This document shows, piece after piece, positions 22,741 to 35,900 of a stretch of DNA of 64,000 nucleotides. A model generated the notes under the pieces. That model did not search any database. It worked only from the letters and a program-made list of their open reading frames with translations, and was not told the DNA's origin. Each line of letters begins with the position of its first letter. Within the stretch, counting starts at the first letter, position 1. This DNA comes from Atractiella rhizophila (taxonomy: Eukaryota): the NCBI GenBank assembly GCA_021432655.1, contig MU271292.1, positions 1-64,000 on the forward strand. The letters are read 5' to 3'. The position numbers were made by a program, and so were the translations under genes.

Positions 22741-23977
22741 AGGATTGGCGACCGCAATCAGATCCCAGAATACGAGTTTGCTCATTCAAGTTGCCGAACG
22801 TCTTTCTCTTTGGTAACAATGTATCACAATATATTTACTGCTCTTCGTACTTGTTGCAATTAAACTATTGTATTACTTACGTGAAGTATGTTATTGACAC
22901 TAAGTCACGGTGGAAGAAGGTTTTGTTGAACATGAAAACAGGTACTGGGACTCAGTCGCCTCGCCTGTACTTCGAAGATCATCATGGCGACAGCTTGAAG
23001 ACTGTGACTTGTTGATCCTTATGGCTGTACCAGTGTGTCAAACTGGGAAGTTCTCATTGTAAGATTCCCCCCTTTGAGTGTCCCATAAGTTGGTATCTGC
23101 ACAAGAAGGTAGAATAGTGAGTAAGAGATGAATCAGAGGGTTGATGGGGCGAAGGATGTACCTCCTCCGGGCTCCGTGTGACGGCCGTTTAGAGCTCCTT
23201 CCAGAAACGAATGGACCCAGAGGCCTTCATCCCTTTATCCCATTGAGAAGAAGTGTGCGATTTTTGTTCGTCAACAAAAGAATGGTGAATGATAGAGCAA
23301 GAACGAAGTGGGAGCAAAGTGCCAAGTTTCCCTCTTTCATTTCCTCGACCCCTGACTCCATCACTAGCCATCGTTGAATTGGCTGCATCCCAGCCATCGA
23401 TAGAGTGTAGCAAGAAAGTCAGATATCTTTAGCATAGAGGAGGGAATAGACCTGCAGAAGCACGATGTGTAAAGTCTCCCACCCATTATGTGCTGCTCGA
23501 CGATCGCACTGTTCAAATTCCAGTACAGTGCACTTCGGATGATCCTCGATTGCCTCATTGTTGGGGAGTTACAGATATGGGGTTGTCTGAGGAAGTAGAC
23601 TGACTTGAATGGAGGAGTTGCTCGAGTAATCGAAGTTTCTCGCAGCGGGAGTGGATGGGAGGTAGCCGCAAAACTCTGACACGCTGATTTACATAGTGCA
23701 CTGGTCGATGTAGTAAAGAGGTATCGCATCTTCCACTCGCTCCTGGTACTTTTGAGGGTGAGGACCCGACAGAAAGGCCGGTATGTCTCTCCAGCGGCCG
23801 GTAGAAGGTATCGGTCTCACCAAACTTAGCTCCGTGCCTAGCCCGTGGACTTCCTGACGGATCGCGGACGGATCACCGCCTTATCCAGCACATAAAAGCC
23901 AACGCGCTTAGCCTGTGCTCCTGCTCCCATCCATCAGGACATCAGGACTATCCTTTGGTCAAAGAGAATACTCGACC

Positions 23978-25070
23978 ATGTCTTTCAACGCTTTCGCCGC
24001 CAACACCAAAAAAGCCCTAGCTGGGGAGAGCGGGTCGAAGGAATCCCAAGGCCCCAAGATGAAGGCTGTCAAGACCCTCGGGGCTGGAGAGTGTGCTGTT
24101 GCTGAGGTCGATGTCCCTCAGATTACTGATCCCGACGAGATCATCGTCCAGTAGGTCTATCGAAGACTTTTCCGTCAAAACCCAACCAATGCCGGCCAAA
24201 ATTGGACCGGTTCCCCTTTTTCTCTTTCAGATCACCGAAGGGGGTACTGATCCATTGATAACAGGGTCAAGGCTGTCTCGCTCAACCCTACCGATTGGAA
24301 AAGGGCTCTCGGTGGAAAGCCCACCGGCGGTGGAGGAGGAATTGTCGCAAATGTAACCCCAGATCTCGTCTGTGGTTGCGATTTCGCTGGTGCGCATTCC
24401 ATTCTCAATCCACTTTCTCTGGAGAAATGATTTTGATGTCGATATGCGCCAGGCATTGTCACGGAGACCGGAGGTGGTTATGATACTCGCAAACTGAAGG
24501 TCGGGGACAGAGTCGCAGGGTTTATCATGGGAGCCAAATTCCCAGGGCATGGATCCTTTGCTGGTATTTCTCTCTTTTTAGCCGCTCACACGTCCTTCGA
24601 GCTGATTGGATTTCATGACAGAATACCTGAAGACGGAAGGTACGCTTGTGTGGAAGATTCCTGAGGGAACGTCTTTCGAGGAGGCGGCCGCTATGGGAGG
24701 AATCTCTCAACACACTGCTTTCATGATGATGTTCCTTCGCTCTTCTCCTCCCCTCCCAAGGCCCGACAACCCTATCAGCGAGGAAAGGTCTTTCCCCATT
24801 CTCATCTGGGCTGGTGCCACGGCCTGTGGTATTTACTGCATTCAGTACGCCAAGGTGCGCTTCGTACAGAACGTCAGCAATTAACAGCCTTACCTGGATT
24901 GTTTAGGCTGCTGGACTCAAGGTTGTCACCACCGCTTCACCTGGTAACCATCAACTTTTGAAGGGTTACGGTGCAGACGCTTGCTACGACTACAACGATC
25001 CTGAAGTTGTTTCCAAGATCAAGAAGGACTGGCCTGACATTCGGTTCGATGATTCCTCCCTCCTCCAAAC
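23978..25070 (+). pseudogene. 3'-truncated duplicate of the MDR/enoyl-reductase-like gene
   Basis: Matches 27292-28384 but is cut at the duplication junction inside an intron. Confidence 0.85.
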
Positions 25071-27291
25071 ACAGAATTTGAGGAGTTGGACCACTTGTAC
25101 TTCGGTTAGAAGGTAGCCACCGCATAGGTACGGTCCGAACCCCATTGCTATGTCACACCAGTCAGACTTACTACACCGATGCTTAGAGACTATTTACCAC
25201 TGAAAACTTATGAGATATCAGGATAGCGAGAATAAATGGCCGTCGAGGGACTAAAACTCGCAAGGTAGTGAGGATGTGTCAGAACAAATGGTTATGAAGC
25301 TAAATAAATGAATTATAGATTGTAGTTTATGTCAGTTGACTCGTATGGCAATGCTTACACTATTCCCGATTTTGTCGTTGTAAAGACCTGCTGCAACCTA
25401 AAGGATGACAGTATCTTGACAGTCGTGGAGGTTAAGAATTCAAGCGCTGCACCTGAACACGTCGCTGAGTAGAGTCATTTTTAGCAGATCAGCACCAGTT
25501 ATACACAATAGGGTTATCGATTGATAAGTCACTTAGATACTTGTTTCAAGTTACACCTAGCTCTGGGGAAGTAGAAAGTCTAATTGACAAATCTGGGTTT
25601 AAGCGAGCGACCTATCAAGTCATCAAAGATGTTGCTGTGAACAATTGTTGTTTATTGTTGCCGCTCAAGTTCAGGTTGCGCCTTGTTTTTGCTTCTTATC
25701 TAGCTTTTAATCTACACACTGTTGCTGTACTTGTACGAAATTACAGTCATGTAGTGTTCGGGTTCAGTCCCAGCCTCCCAAGCAGAAGCGCGATCTATCT
25801 GCCAGTAGAGATACCAATATCGCCAGGACGAAGGACCTAGTCTTCTGGCACGTCGACGTCATATATCCTTACAATGAACGACGAGCTAACTCTCAAGGTC
25901 GGAGACGAAATCAAGGTAAAGGTTGTCTATGCTGGCGCACGGTGTGTGGGTACGACGCTGAAGGAAGGAACAGAGTCTGACGTCGAGCGGAAAGGGGCAT
26001 TCTCGTCTGTGTCAGGATTGGCGACCGCAATCAGATCCCAGAATACGAGTTTGCTCATTCAAGTTGCCGAACGTCTTTCTCTTTGGTAACAATGTATCAA
26101 AATACATTTACAGCTCTTCGTACTTGTTGCAATTAAACTAGTGTATTACTTACGTGAAGTATGTTATTGACACTAAGTCACGGTGGAAGAACGTTTTGTT
26201 GAACATGAAAACAGGGTACTGGGACTCAGTCGCCTCGCCTGTACTTCGAATATCATCATGGCGACGGCTGGAAGACTGTGATTTGTTGATCCTTATGGCT
26301 GTACCAGTGTGTCAAACTGGGAAGTTCTCATTGTAAGATTCCCCCCTTTGAGTGTCCCATAAGTTGGTATCTGCACAGGAAGGTAGAATAGTGAGTAAGA
26401 GATGAATCAGAGGGTTGATGGGGCGAAGGATGTACTTCCTGCGGGCTCCGTGTGACGGCCGTTTAGAGCTACACGAATGGACCCAGAGGCATTCATCCCT
26501 TTATCCCATTGAGAAGAAGTGTGCGATTTTTGTTCGTCAACAAAAGAATGGTGAATGATAGAGAAAGAACGAAGTGGGAGCAAAGTGCCAAGTTTCCCTC
26601 TTTCATTTCCTCGACCCCTGACTCCATCACTAGCCATCGTTGAATTGGCTGCATCCCAGCCATCGATAGAGTACCTTGAAAACGCCGAACTCTCGATCAT
26701 GACTTGGAGCAAGCTTATCCGGAGCAAGAAAGTCAGATATCTTTAGCATAGAGGGAGGGCATAGACCTGCGGAAGCACGATGGTAAAGTCTCCCACCCAT
26801 TATGTGCTGCTCGACGATCGCACTGTTCAAATTCCAGCAGAGTGCACTTCGGATGATCCTCGATTGCCTCATTGTTGGGGAGTTACAGATATGGGGTTGT
26901 CTGAGGAAGTAGACTGACTTGAATGGAGGAGTTGCTCGAGTAATCGAAGTTTCTCGCAGCGGGAGTGGATGGGAGGTAGCCGCAAAACTCTGACACGCTG
27001 ATTTACATAGTGCACTGGTCGATGTAGTAAAGAGGTATCGCATCTTCCACTCGCTCCTGGTACTTTTGAGGGTGAGGACCCGACAGAAAGGCCGGTATGT
27101 CTCTCCAGCGGCCGGTAGAAGGTATCGGTCTCACCAAACTTAGCTCCGTGCCTAGCCCGTGGACTTCCTGACGGATCGCGGACGGATCACCGCCTTATCC
27201 AGCACATAAAAGCCAACGCGCTTAGCCTGTGCTCCTGCTCCCATCCATCAGGACATCAGGACTATCCTTTGGTCAAAGAGAATACTCGACC

Positions 27292-28930
27292 ATGTCTTTC
27301 AACGCTTTCGCCGCCAACACCAAAAAAGCCCTAGCTGGGGAGAGCGGGTCGAAGGAATCCCAAGGCCCCAAGATGAAGGCTGTCAAGACCCTCGGGGCTG
27401 GAGAGTGTGCTGTTGCTGAGGTCGATGTCCCTCAGATTACTGATCCCGACGAGATCATCGTCCAGTAGGTCTATCGAAGACTTTTCCGTCAAAACCCAAC
27501 CAATGCCGGCCAAAATTGGACCGGTTCCCCTTTTTCTCTTTCAGATCACCGAAGGGGGTACTGATCCATTGATAACAGGGTCAAGGCTGTCTCGCTCAAC
27601 CCTACCGATTGGAAAAGGGCTCTCGGTGGAAAGCCCACCGGCGGTGGAGGAGGAATTGTCGCAAATGTAACCCCAGATCTCGTCTGTGGTTGCGATTTCG
27701 CTGGTGCGCATTCCATTCTCAATCCACTTTCTCTGGAGAAATGATTTTGATGTCGATATGCGCCAGGCATTGTCACGGAGACCGGAGGTGGTTATGATAC
27801 TCGCAAACTGAAGGTCGGGGACAGAGTCGCAGGGTTTATCATGGGAGCCAAATTCCCAGGGCATGGATCCTTTGCTGGTATTTCTCTCTTTTTAGCCGCT
27901 CACACGTCCTTCGAGCTGATTGGATTTCATGACAGAATACCTGAAGACGGAAGGTACGCTTGTGTGGAAGATTCCTGAGGGAACGTCTTTCGAGGAGGCG
28001 GCCGCTATGGGAGGAATCTCTCAACACACTGCTTTCATGATGATGTTCCTTCGCTCTTCTCCTCCCCTCCCAAGGCCCGACAACCCTATCAGCGAGGAAA
28101 GGTCTTTCCCCATTCTCATCTGGGCTGGTGCCACGGCCTGTGGTATTTACTGCATTCAGTACGCCAAGGTGCGCTTCGTACAGAACGTCAGCAATTAACA
28201 GCCTTACCTGGATTGTTTAGGCTGCTGGACTCAAGGTTGTCACCACCGCTTCACCTGGTAACCATCAACTTTTGAAGGGTTACGGTGCAGACGCTTGCTA
28301 CGACTACAACGATCCTGAAGTTGTTTCCAAGATCAAGAAGGACTGGCCTGACATTCGGTTCGATGATTCCTCCCTCCTCCAAACCATAGCTAAACTGCTT
28401 CCACAGCTACGGTATCGACAACGTTTGCCAAGCTCCTTCTTCGCTCCTTGCCGCTCAGTGCTTCAATGATCTCACCGGCGGCCACCTTGTCGTAACCCTA
28501 CCATCCGATATGGGACCCACTCCGCCTCCAAAGGTCAGGCTCGAGTCCGTTTTAGTCTACACCGTACTTGGAAAGGAGTTCACCTTCCCTGGGCACGCTC
28601 ACGGAAAGTGGACCAAGCCGCTTCAAGGACAGACGCTCTACCCGGTCAGAATTGACGACCGCTTCGCCGTAGCAGACTGGTATGTCGCTTCCTCTGCTGG
28701 TATGATATGACGCTCATCAGTTGTCATTCAGGAACGAGTACCTACCTAAGCTGATTTCGGAGGGCAAGTTCAAGGCGGCTCCTCTTACTGTAGGCAAAGG
28801 TCTCGACGGAATCACGGAAGGCATGAAGATGCATAAGGAGGGCAAGGTTAAGGTAATATCTTTTCGGTTCCAAATCTTATCCATGCTGACATGCCACGAT
28901 TAGGCGACCAAACTAGTTTACAGCATCTAA
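27292..28930 (+). CDS. Medium-chain dehydrogenase/reductase, enoyl reductase-like (ToxD/LovC-type), multi-exon
   Basis: VKAVSLNPTDWK, GCDFAG, LKVGDRVAG, ILIWAGATACG, GADACYDYNDP and GLDGITEG motifs across several GT-AG introns; stop at 28928-28930. Confidence 0.88.
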
Positions 28931-29271
28931 GTAATGGATACCGTCTCTCAAAGATCCCTGTATCACTTCGACGCTAATGGATGTCTCGCTTTGGGATGTT
29001 GGCTTGAACACGATCGTGTTAACAATGTATGGGAAAAATACTGAAATATTAGATACGTGTTGACATACTTCACTACTTGTCAAAAGTCACTTTCGCTTGC
29101 TCGTGAAAGTAGTTCAGCGCGGCAGCTCCAAATTCCGTCACGCACTGTTTCATCATTCATCAGTATTGAATGCGATACGACGTGTGCTTCATTAAAAGTA
29201 CAAATGATGGTCACTAAAAGGCTATCACAAAACCCGAACTATCGTATGCACAGCAGATATCCAAAGATTCC

Positions 29272-30230
29272 TCATATCACAAGTTTGAGCGAAGTCCTGC
29301 GATTCTTCGAATCTGATTTCCCATTGACCACTGTCGCATCATCTTCCTCAGCCACGTCGTCGATTTTCACCATGGGTATGATGGGGACGGTCTTACGCCT
29401 TTCCTTGTCTTTTTCCTTCTTCACCTTGTCCTTCTCCTCGATCACAGGCATCGGGAGGGGAGGGGGCGCAGGGCTGCAGAGCTCGTACGCGTCGTAACCT
29501 ATTCCAAACTGCGTCCTTCGTGCTGTGGCGACGACGATGATTTTGTTCAGCCATTCGTATCTATCCCTCGTCTGAGGTCGGGGCACAGGACGAAGGCGAA
29601 AGTGAACGCACCGTTTGTCCCCCGTCTCCAGTTGGACGGACATATGGAAGACTACATGCTCCGATTCCTGCTCAGTAAGCGTGTGCCCGTCGAGAATCTT
29701 TCTCAACAAATGTTTGGGTCCACGGCGACATCCTTTAGTTTGAACATAGATGAACGCTCCATCGTCCGTCTACCAACAATGCCAATGATGTTAATTCGTT
29801 GATTCGAACATGGAGGAACGTACTTGGAGGTTGTAGCGCGTGTCTGTGTACACCTCTCCATCTTTCAACATTATTCTAATTTGACCGCATTCAGAAGCTT
29901 GGACAAGATAACGCTGAAAGGTCTCACAGATGATCACCTCCTCCAGTGAGAATCTTTCCCTTCAGACGGTCACCTTTGAAATAGCCGGATGTGATTGAGA
30001 GAGCACTATAGCGTGGAGGGACGCACAGAGGAGTTAGTTAGTATCATGACCTTAACACTTACAAAGGAAGCGTCAACAGTGCTAGCCAAGCTCAACGATG
30101 AATGCATTTGGAGTGCACGTTTCAATTGAATACATTTCTAATCAGATCAATGTCCAGCGTCACAACGTCAGCGGTCACACAACTGCCAATGCGTTGGGTG
30201 TTCTCAGTTTGGAGTGCCCTGACTTGCTCT
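29272..30230 (-). CDS. Hypothetical multi-exon protein
   Basis: 145-aa terminal ORF with upstream splice signals; boundaries uncertain. Confidence 0.3.
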
Positions 30231-31059
30231 GACGATGCCAGACAATATCCATAATCATTCCTGTTGCACAGATACTCGTCTGGGACGGATCTGGAGTTTC
30301 GATCAGCAGGCTAATGCAGGTGAATGACTAGATTTTCGACGTGATGATTCTCACGTAACGCAGGTGCATTAGACCTCCTTCAAAATGGAAAACAAGAACG
30401 AAGGGGCATGCTGCAACGTCGTTAGAGAACAGTGACTCGCATTTCTTGCTGTAGGAAAGACGGATGACTGAAAGGAGCCTTGCAGCGATGGATAAATCAC
30501 GCAAAACAAATAGGGTGCTTAACTCGAAACTGTGAGGAATAAAGCACACACCGACGATACCCAAAGGGACCTCTGCCAAAGTCCACCGGCTGCTCAAGGG
30601 ATGCGAAGAGTGTGTAGAGATGTCGGAGAGTGGGGACAGGGAGCATTGCCTGCATCTTTCGTCGAATCGCTCCTCTTGAGTAAGGTAAACCTCGTGCAAG
30701 CCTTCGTTGAAACTGATGTGGGAGGAATGGGGGTCTATTGATGTGGTGTTGTTATATCGGAAGGAAGGAATGGCGTCGTATCCTTGTCGGGAGTTGCAGC
30801 ACCGCCAGCTTGGGGCTGAGCCAGCTGATACTTTGTTGGTGGGAGACAGGGACAACTGGGCAGCAAAATGAGAGGGCAGGGGAACCGATCAGACGACTTG
30901 GCCAGTTCCTGAAGCGGTCCTGCTGCGGATGGAAGTTGAGCAGATTAGGGTTGCGGAATCAATTGCGTGTTAGGGTCGTCGCGTCGCCCGCAAAAACAAC
31001 GACCAGTCGACATCTCATCCTCACCACCAGAATTCAGCAGCATCAGCGCAGGATTCATC

Positions 31060-32443
31060 ATGAGCAGCATGGACAGTGGAACCATCAACGCCGGCGGCTC
31101 TTCTTCAAGCATGAAAGCTAATGCCACCTTTGCAGACATCAACCTCTCCTCCCTCCCGCCGGACATCCTCCAAACTCTCTTGTCCCTCGCCTCCACATCC
31201 AACCCTTCCTCCGCTCCCCAGGCATCCTCCTCAAACGCAACACACGCAACGCGTTCAGGACGTATTCCCCAGCCAGTCGATTCCCAGACGCTCTTGGACA
31301 CCTCCATATTCGATCAATACTTCAATTCATTCATAGATGGCGATGGCGGATATGACGAGAATGCAGATGCTGATTTCAATCCTGATACCTTCTTAAATGA
31401 GAGCTCCCCTATCAAAGGCGGGTACCCATTAGATGGAGGGAAGGGGAAGGGGAAGGAGACGGAGGATGATGCAGATGCAGAGGGTGATGTTGGGGAACAA
31501 GGGGACGGAGAGACCGATGTGGAAAATGCAGGAGGTGGATTGACATTTGATTGGAAGGCATGGGAGTCAGAGATGACAGGTGAGTTTACCGTTACTGTAT
31601 TTAGGGAACAATGTTGACTCCATGCAACTGTGAATGAAAGATGGAGAAATCGACATAGACAACTTCCTCCGCACAGATATTTTTTCTCCCATCGCTCCCC
31701 TACCTCTCTCTACCACTCCTTCTGGTGTACCCTCCACCTTACCGATACCCACAGCCGCACCTTCCACTTCTCCCGACAAGGATATCCTGCTCCCCGCCTC
31801 CTCCCTTCCTCTTCTACCACAGTCCCATGTGCAAAATGAGCCGGCGAGGGATTCGACCCCTCCACCACGAAAGAAGCGAAAGCTCTCTCCCGAACCTTCC
31901 AAACCCGCACCTCGCCCTCCTCCCAAGATCCACTTCAAGCAACAATTCGTCCAGTCCGTCTCCCCGCGCTCCGACACCATCCACACAATCACATTCGGGG
32001 GGAAGGACCGGATGAAGATGATCCCAGACCTGGTGCCAGAGGCGACGCGGCGGTCTCAGCAGGAGGCACGGCGACAGCAGCAGGCGGCGTTGTGGAAGGA
32101 GGACAAGGATTCGCACTTGGAGAGGTTGATGGGTACCTCGGATCCGAGGAAGTTGCAGGAACGGTTCAGCGCGCTCGAAGTCGCGAACGGAAGGCTGAGG
32201 GCGAGGGTGTTGGAGTTGGAAGAGGAGTTGGAGGGAGAGAAGAGCTGGAAGAGGGAGGTGGGGAGGTTGTGGAATCAGGCGAAGGTGAAGGGAGGGAAGG
32301 AGGAGGTTAAAGTGCTGGCAAGGGTGAAGGACTGGATGGGGAGGTGGTTTGATCAACCTTCTGGGGAGACGGAGAGAAAAGACAGGGTGGGAGCGAAGAG
32401 AAAGAGAGAGGACATTGAAGAGATTGTGGTGGTGGATGATTGA
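31060..32443 (+). CDS. Hypothetical nuclear-type protein with C-terminal coiled coil
   Basis: Two long ORFs joined by an intron starting GTGAGT at ~31580; PRKKRK NLS-like motif; LQERFSALEVANGRLRARVLELEEEL heptads. Confidence 0.55.
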
Positions 32444-32998
32444 GAGCTGGGATAGCGATGCAAGTAAGTTATACCGAAGTTATAAGGGACTCTCCACCCT
32501 TGACGACCGAAGATATGTTGATAGTAGGGGACGCAGACCCGCGAGTTGTTTTGTGGCAAATGTATACGGTACAATTCCAGCTGAGAACTGTTATACACTA
32601 CCCTTCGTCACCCTACCCTTCGTCTAATACCCATGACTGTTGATCATCCTCACCCTCACTGGCAACCATTAGTTGGAGATGGGCAGTCTCTCTCCGATAA
32701 CGCACAATGCAGGAAAGCATGTTGCCATCAAGCCGCATCATTTGCCGTCAGTCTAGATTGGGATTGGGTTTCTGTATTTGAGCATCATCGACTGGAGGAA
32801 CAGTCACAAGACGTGGTTGTCTCCAAAACTTTCTTTCTTTGCACACGAATCGTGAACTTCGAAGGTCTCTTCGCATCAGTGTGCATCCTGTATTTTTGTC
32901 TCCGAAACTGTACGAGGTCAATTTTCACAACACATGCCATGTAGCGAGGAACTTTGAACGACTCACTGTGGCATCTCGAATGGTTGTTTTCTACTGCA

Positions 32999-35900
32999 TC
33001 ATTGCGGTTCTTCCAGATTATGGATTATTCCAGAGATACGACCAAGGCAGTAGACTCTACTGTGGGCATCGCCGGCTTTGCGATAGAGCTCTTCAGCCGC
33101 CTCGAACCGCTCCAATGCTTTGTCGTTCCTCCCACATCGATAGTCGATGTCACCCATGGATTGGAGGCAATTTGCCATCCCCTGTGGATCCCCTGCCAAA
33201 ATGTACAGCTCCTCTGCCTGCCTGAAGCGCTCCAGTGCATCGTCATTCCTCCCGCATTGAGAATCGATCTTCCCTATGGAATGAATGCAGTTTGCTCTCC
33301 CCTGCACGCTCCCCATAGAAATGTAGACCCCCTCAGCCTCTTTGAATCGCTCCAATGCTTTCTCGTTCCTCCCGCATCGATAATCGATGTCTCCCATGGA
33401 ACGAACGCAGTTGGCCCTTCCCTGTGCACTCCCCGTCGAGATGTAGAGTCCCTCCGCCTCCTTGAACCGTTCCAACGCTTTGTCGTTCCTCCCGCACCTG
33501 AAATCAATGTCCCCTATGGATCGGACACAATTTGCCCTCCCCTGTGGGTCCCCCGTCAAAATGTACAGCTCTTCTGCCTGCCTGAATCGCTCCAGTGCTT
33601 CATCATTCTTCCCACATTGAAAATCGATCTTCCCTATGGATTGGACACAGTTAGCCCTCCCTTGTGCACTTCCCGTCGAGATGTACAGCCCCTCGGCCTC
33701 TTTGAACCGTTGCAACGCTTTGTCATTCCTCCCACATTGAAAATCAATGTATCCAATGGATCGGATGCAGTTTGCTGTCCCCAGTGGGTCCCCTGTCGAG
33801 ATGTAGAGCTCTTCCGCCTGCTTAAACCGCTCCAGTGCTTCCTCGTTCCTCCCGCATCGGAAGTCGATGTTCCCCATGGATCGGACACAGCTTGCTCTCC
33901 CCTGCAAATCACCCGCCACAGCATACAGCTCCCTCGCCTCCTTGAATCGCTCCAACGCTTCGTTGTTCCTCCCGCTTCGAAAATCGACGTCCCCCATGGA
34001 TCGGACGCAGTTTGCCCTTCCCTGTGAATCCCACAACAAAACGTACAGTTGCTCCGCCTGCCTGAACCACTGCAGTGCTTCACCATTCCTCCCACATTGA
34101 AAATCAATGTCCCCCATGGATCGGAAGCAGTTTGCCCTCCCCAGTATATTTCCTGTCGAGTTGCAGAGGCCCTCCGCCTTCCTAAACCGCTCCAGTGCTT
34201 CCTTGTTCCTCCCACATCGGAATTCGATGTTTCCCATCGATCGGATACAGTTTGCCCTCCCCTGCAAATCTCCTGCCATGATATATAGCTGCTCAGCCTC
34301 CTTAAATCGCTCAAACGCTTCATTGTTCCTCCCACATCGAAAGTCGATGTCCCCTCTGGATCGGACACAGTTTGCCCTCCCCTGTGCACTCCCCGTCGAG
34401 ATATAGAGCCCCTCCGCCTCCTTGAACCGTTCCAACGCTTTGTCGTTCCTCCCACACTGAAAATCTATGTCCCCTATGGATCGGACACAGTTTGCCCTCC
34501 CCTGTGGATCCCCCGTCGAGATATACAGCTCTTCCGCCTGCCTGAACCGTTCCAGCGCTTTGTCCTTCCTCCCACATCGGAACTCGATGTTTCCCATGGA
34601 TCGAACACAGTTCGCCCTCCCCTGTGGATCCCCCGTCAAGATGTACAGCTTCTCAGCCCGGCTAAACCGCTCCAATGCTTCTTCATTCCTCCCGCATTGA
34701 AAATCGATCTTCCCTATGGATTGAACGCAGTTAGCCCTCCCTTGTGTACTCCCTGTCGAAATGTAGAGCCCCTCAGCCAGCTTGAATCGTTCCAACGCTT
34801 TGTCTTTCCTGCCGCATCGGTAATCGATGTCCCCCATGGATCTGACGCAGTTTGCCCTTCCCTGTGCACTCCCGGTCGAGATGTAGAGTCCTTCCGCCTC
34901 CTTGAATCGCTGAAACGCTTCGTCATTCTTCCCGCATTGAAAATCAACATCCCCTATGGATCGGACACAGTTTGCCCTTCCCTGTGGATCTCCTGTCAAG
35001 ACATACAGCTTCGCAGCCTGCCTGAAATGCTCCAATGCTTCTTCATTCCTCCCACATTGAAAATCAATCTTCCCTATGGATTGGACGCAGTTAGCCCTCC
35101 CTTGTGCACTCCCTGTCAAGATGTACAGCGCTTCAGCCTCCTTGAATAGTTGCAACGCTTCATCGTTTCTCCCGCGTTGAAAATCGACATCACCTCTGGA
35201 TCGGATGCACTTTGCCCTTCCCTGTGAATCCTCCGTCAAGATGTACAGCTCTTCTGCCTTCCTGAACCTCTCTAGCGCTTCCTCATTCCTCCCACATTGA
35301 AAATGGATCCTCCCAATTGATTCACTGCAATCTGCTTTGTTTGCGATGTCTGTGCTGTCCCTCATTGAATAATGCAGCTCTGTTAAAGCTTCTGCAATAC
35401 ACCCTCGAAATGCAAGGGCACATCCACGATACCACCTCAAACGAGTCATCACTGAAACAGATAATTCCCTACTGGTTAACATTCTCTGAAGCAATTGTGT
35501 TGTATCGAATCCTTGGACGAGGAGGGTGTTCGAGTGTTCCAAAAGGAATGCTGTAATGTTCTCACTCATTTCGGGAACATGCAACAGACTGTCAAAAACC
35601 ACCTGTCGAAAGTTCAGATATTCGTCTTTGAACTCAAGTAAGGTATCTTGATTCTTGATTGCTTCAAATTGATGCATCATATCTTGTGCCTTGGCTAGCA
35701 GGCAATTGCCAAGAGGTTGAAGTGAATCAGACACTCGCTGAGGGAAAGGGGGGACTTGTTTCAAAACAAGTTCGTTGATATGCCGTCGAACTGGGGCGAG
35801 CATACGCAGACGCGCTGAGGCTCTCTTCAACGCAGTAACCTCATCTGCCAGCCCAACATTCAGAATGGCCTCTATGGCATGGTAATCTCCAGTAAGTAAG

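Larger units (their letters stand above)
21794..28384. repeat. Direct tandem duplication, copy 1 at 21794-25070 and copy 2 at 25072-28384
   Basis: Both copies start CAGAATTTGAGGAG and end TCCTCCAAAC; identical ORF sets offset by 3314 bp in the distal half. Confidence 0.97.

Noticed and set aside
32954..34027. 357-aa plus-strand ORF and other repetitive ORFs over the TPR array
   Set aside because: Antisense shadows of the 120-bp coding repeat
33062..35341. Regular repeat array resembling CRISPR
   Set aside because: Eukaryotic context; the units are wholly homologous in-frame coding repeats with no unique spacers
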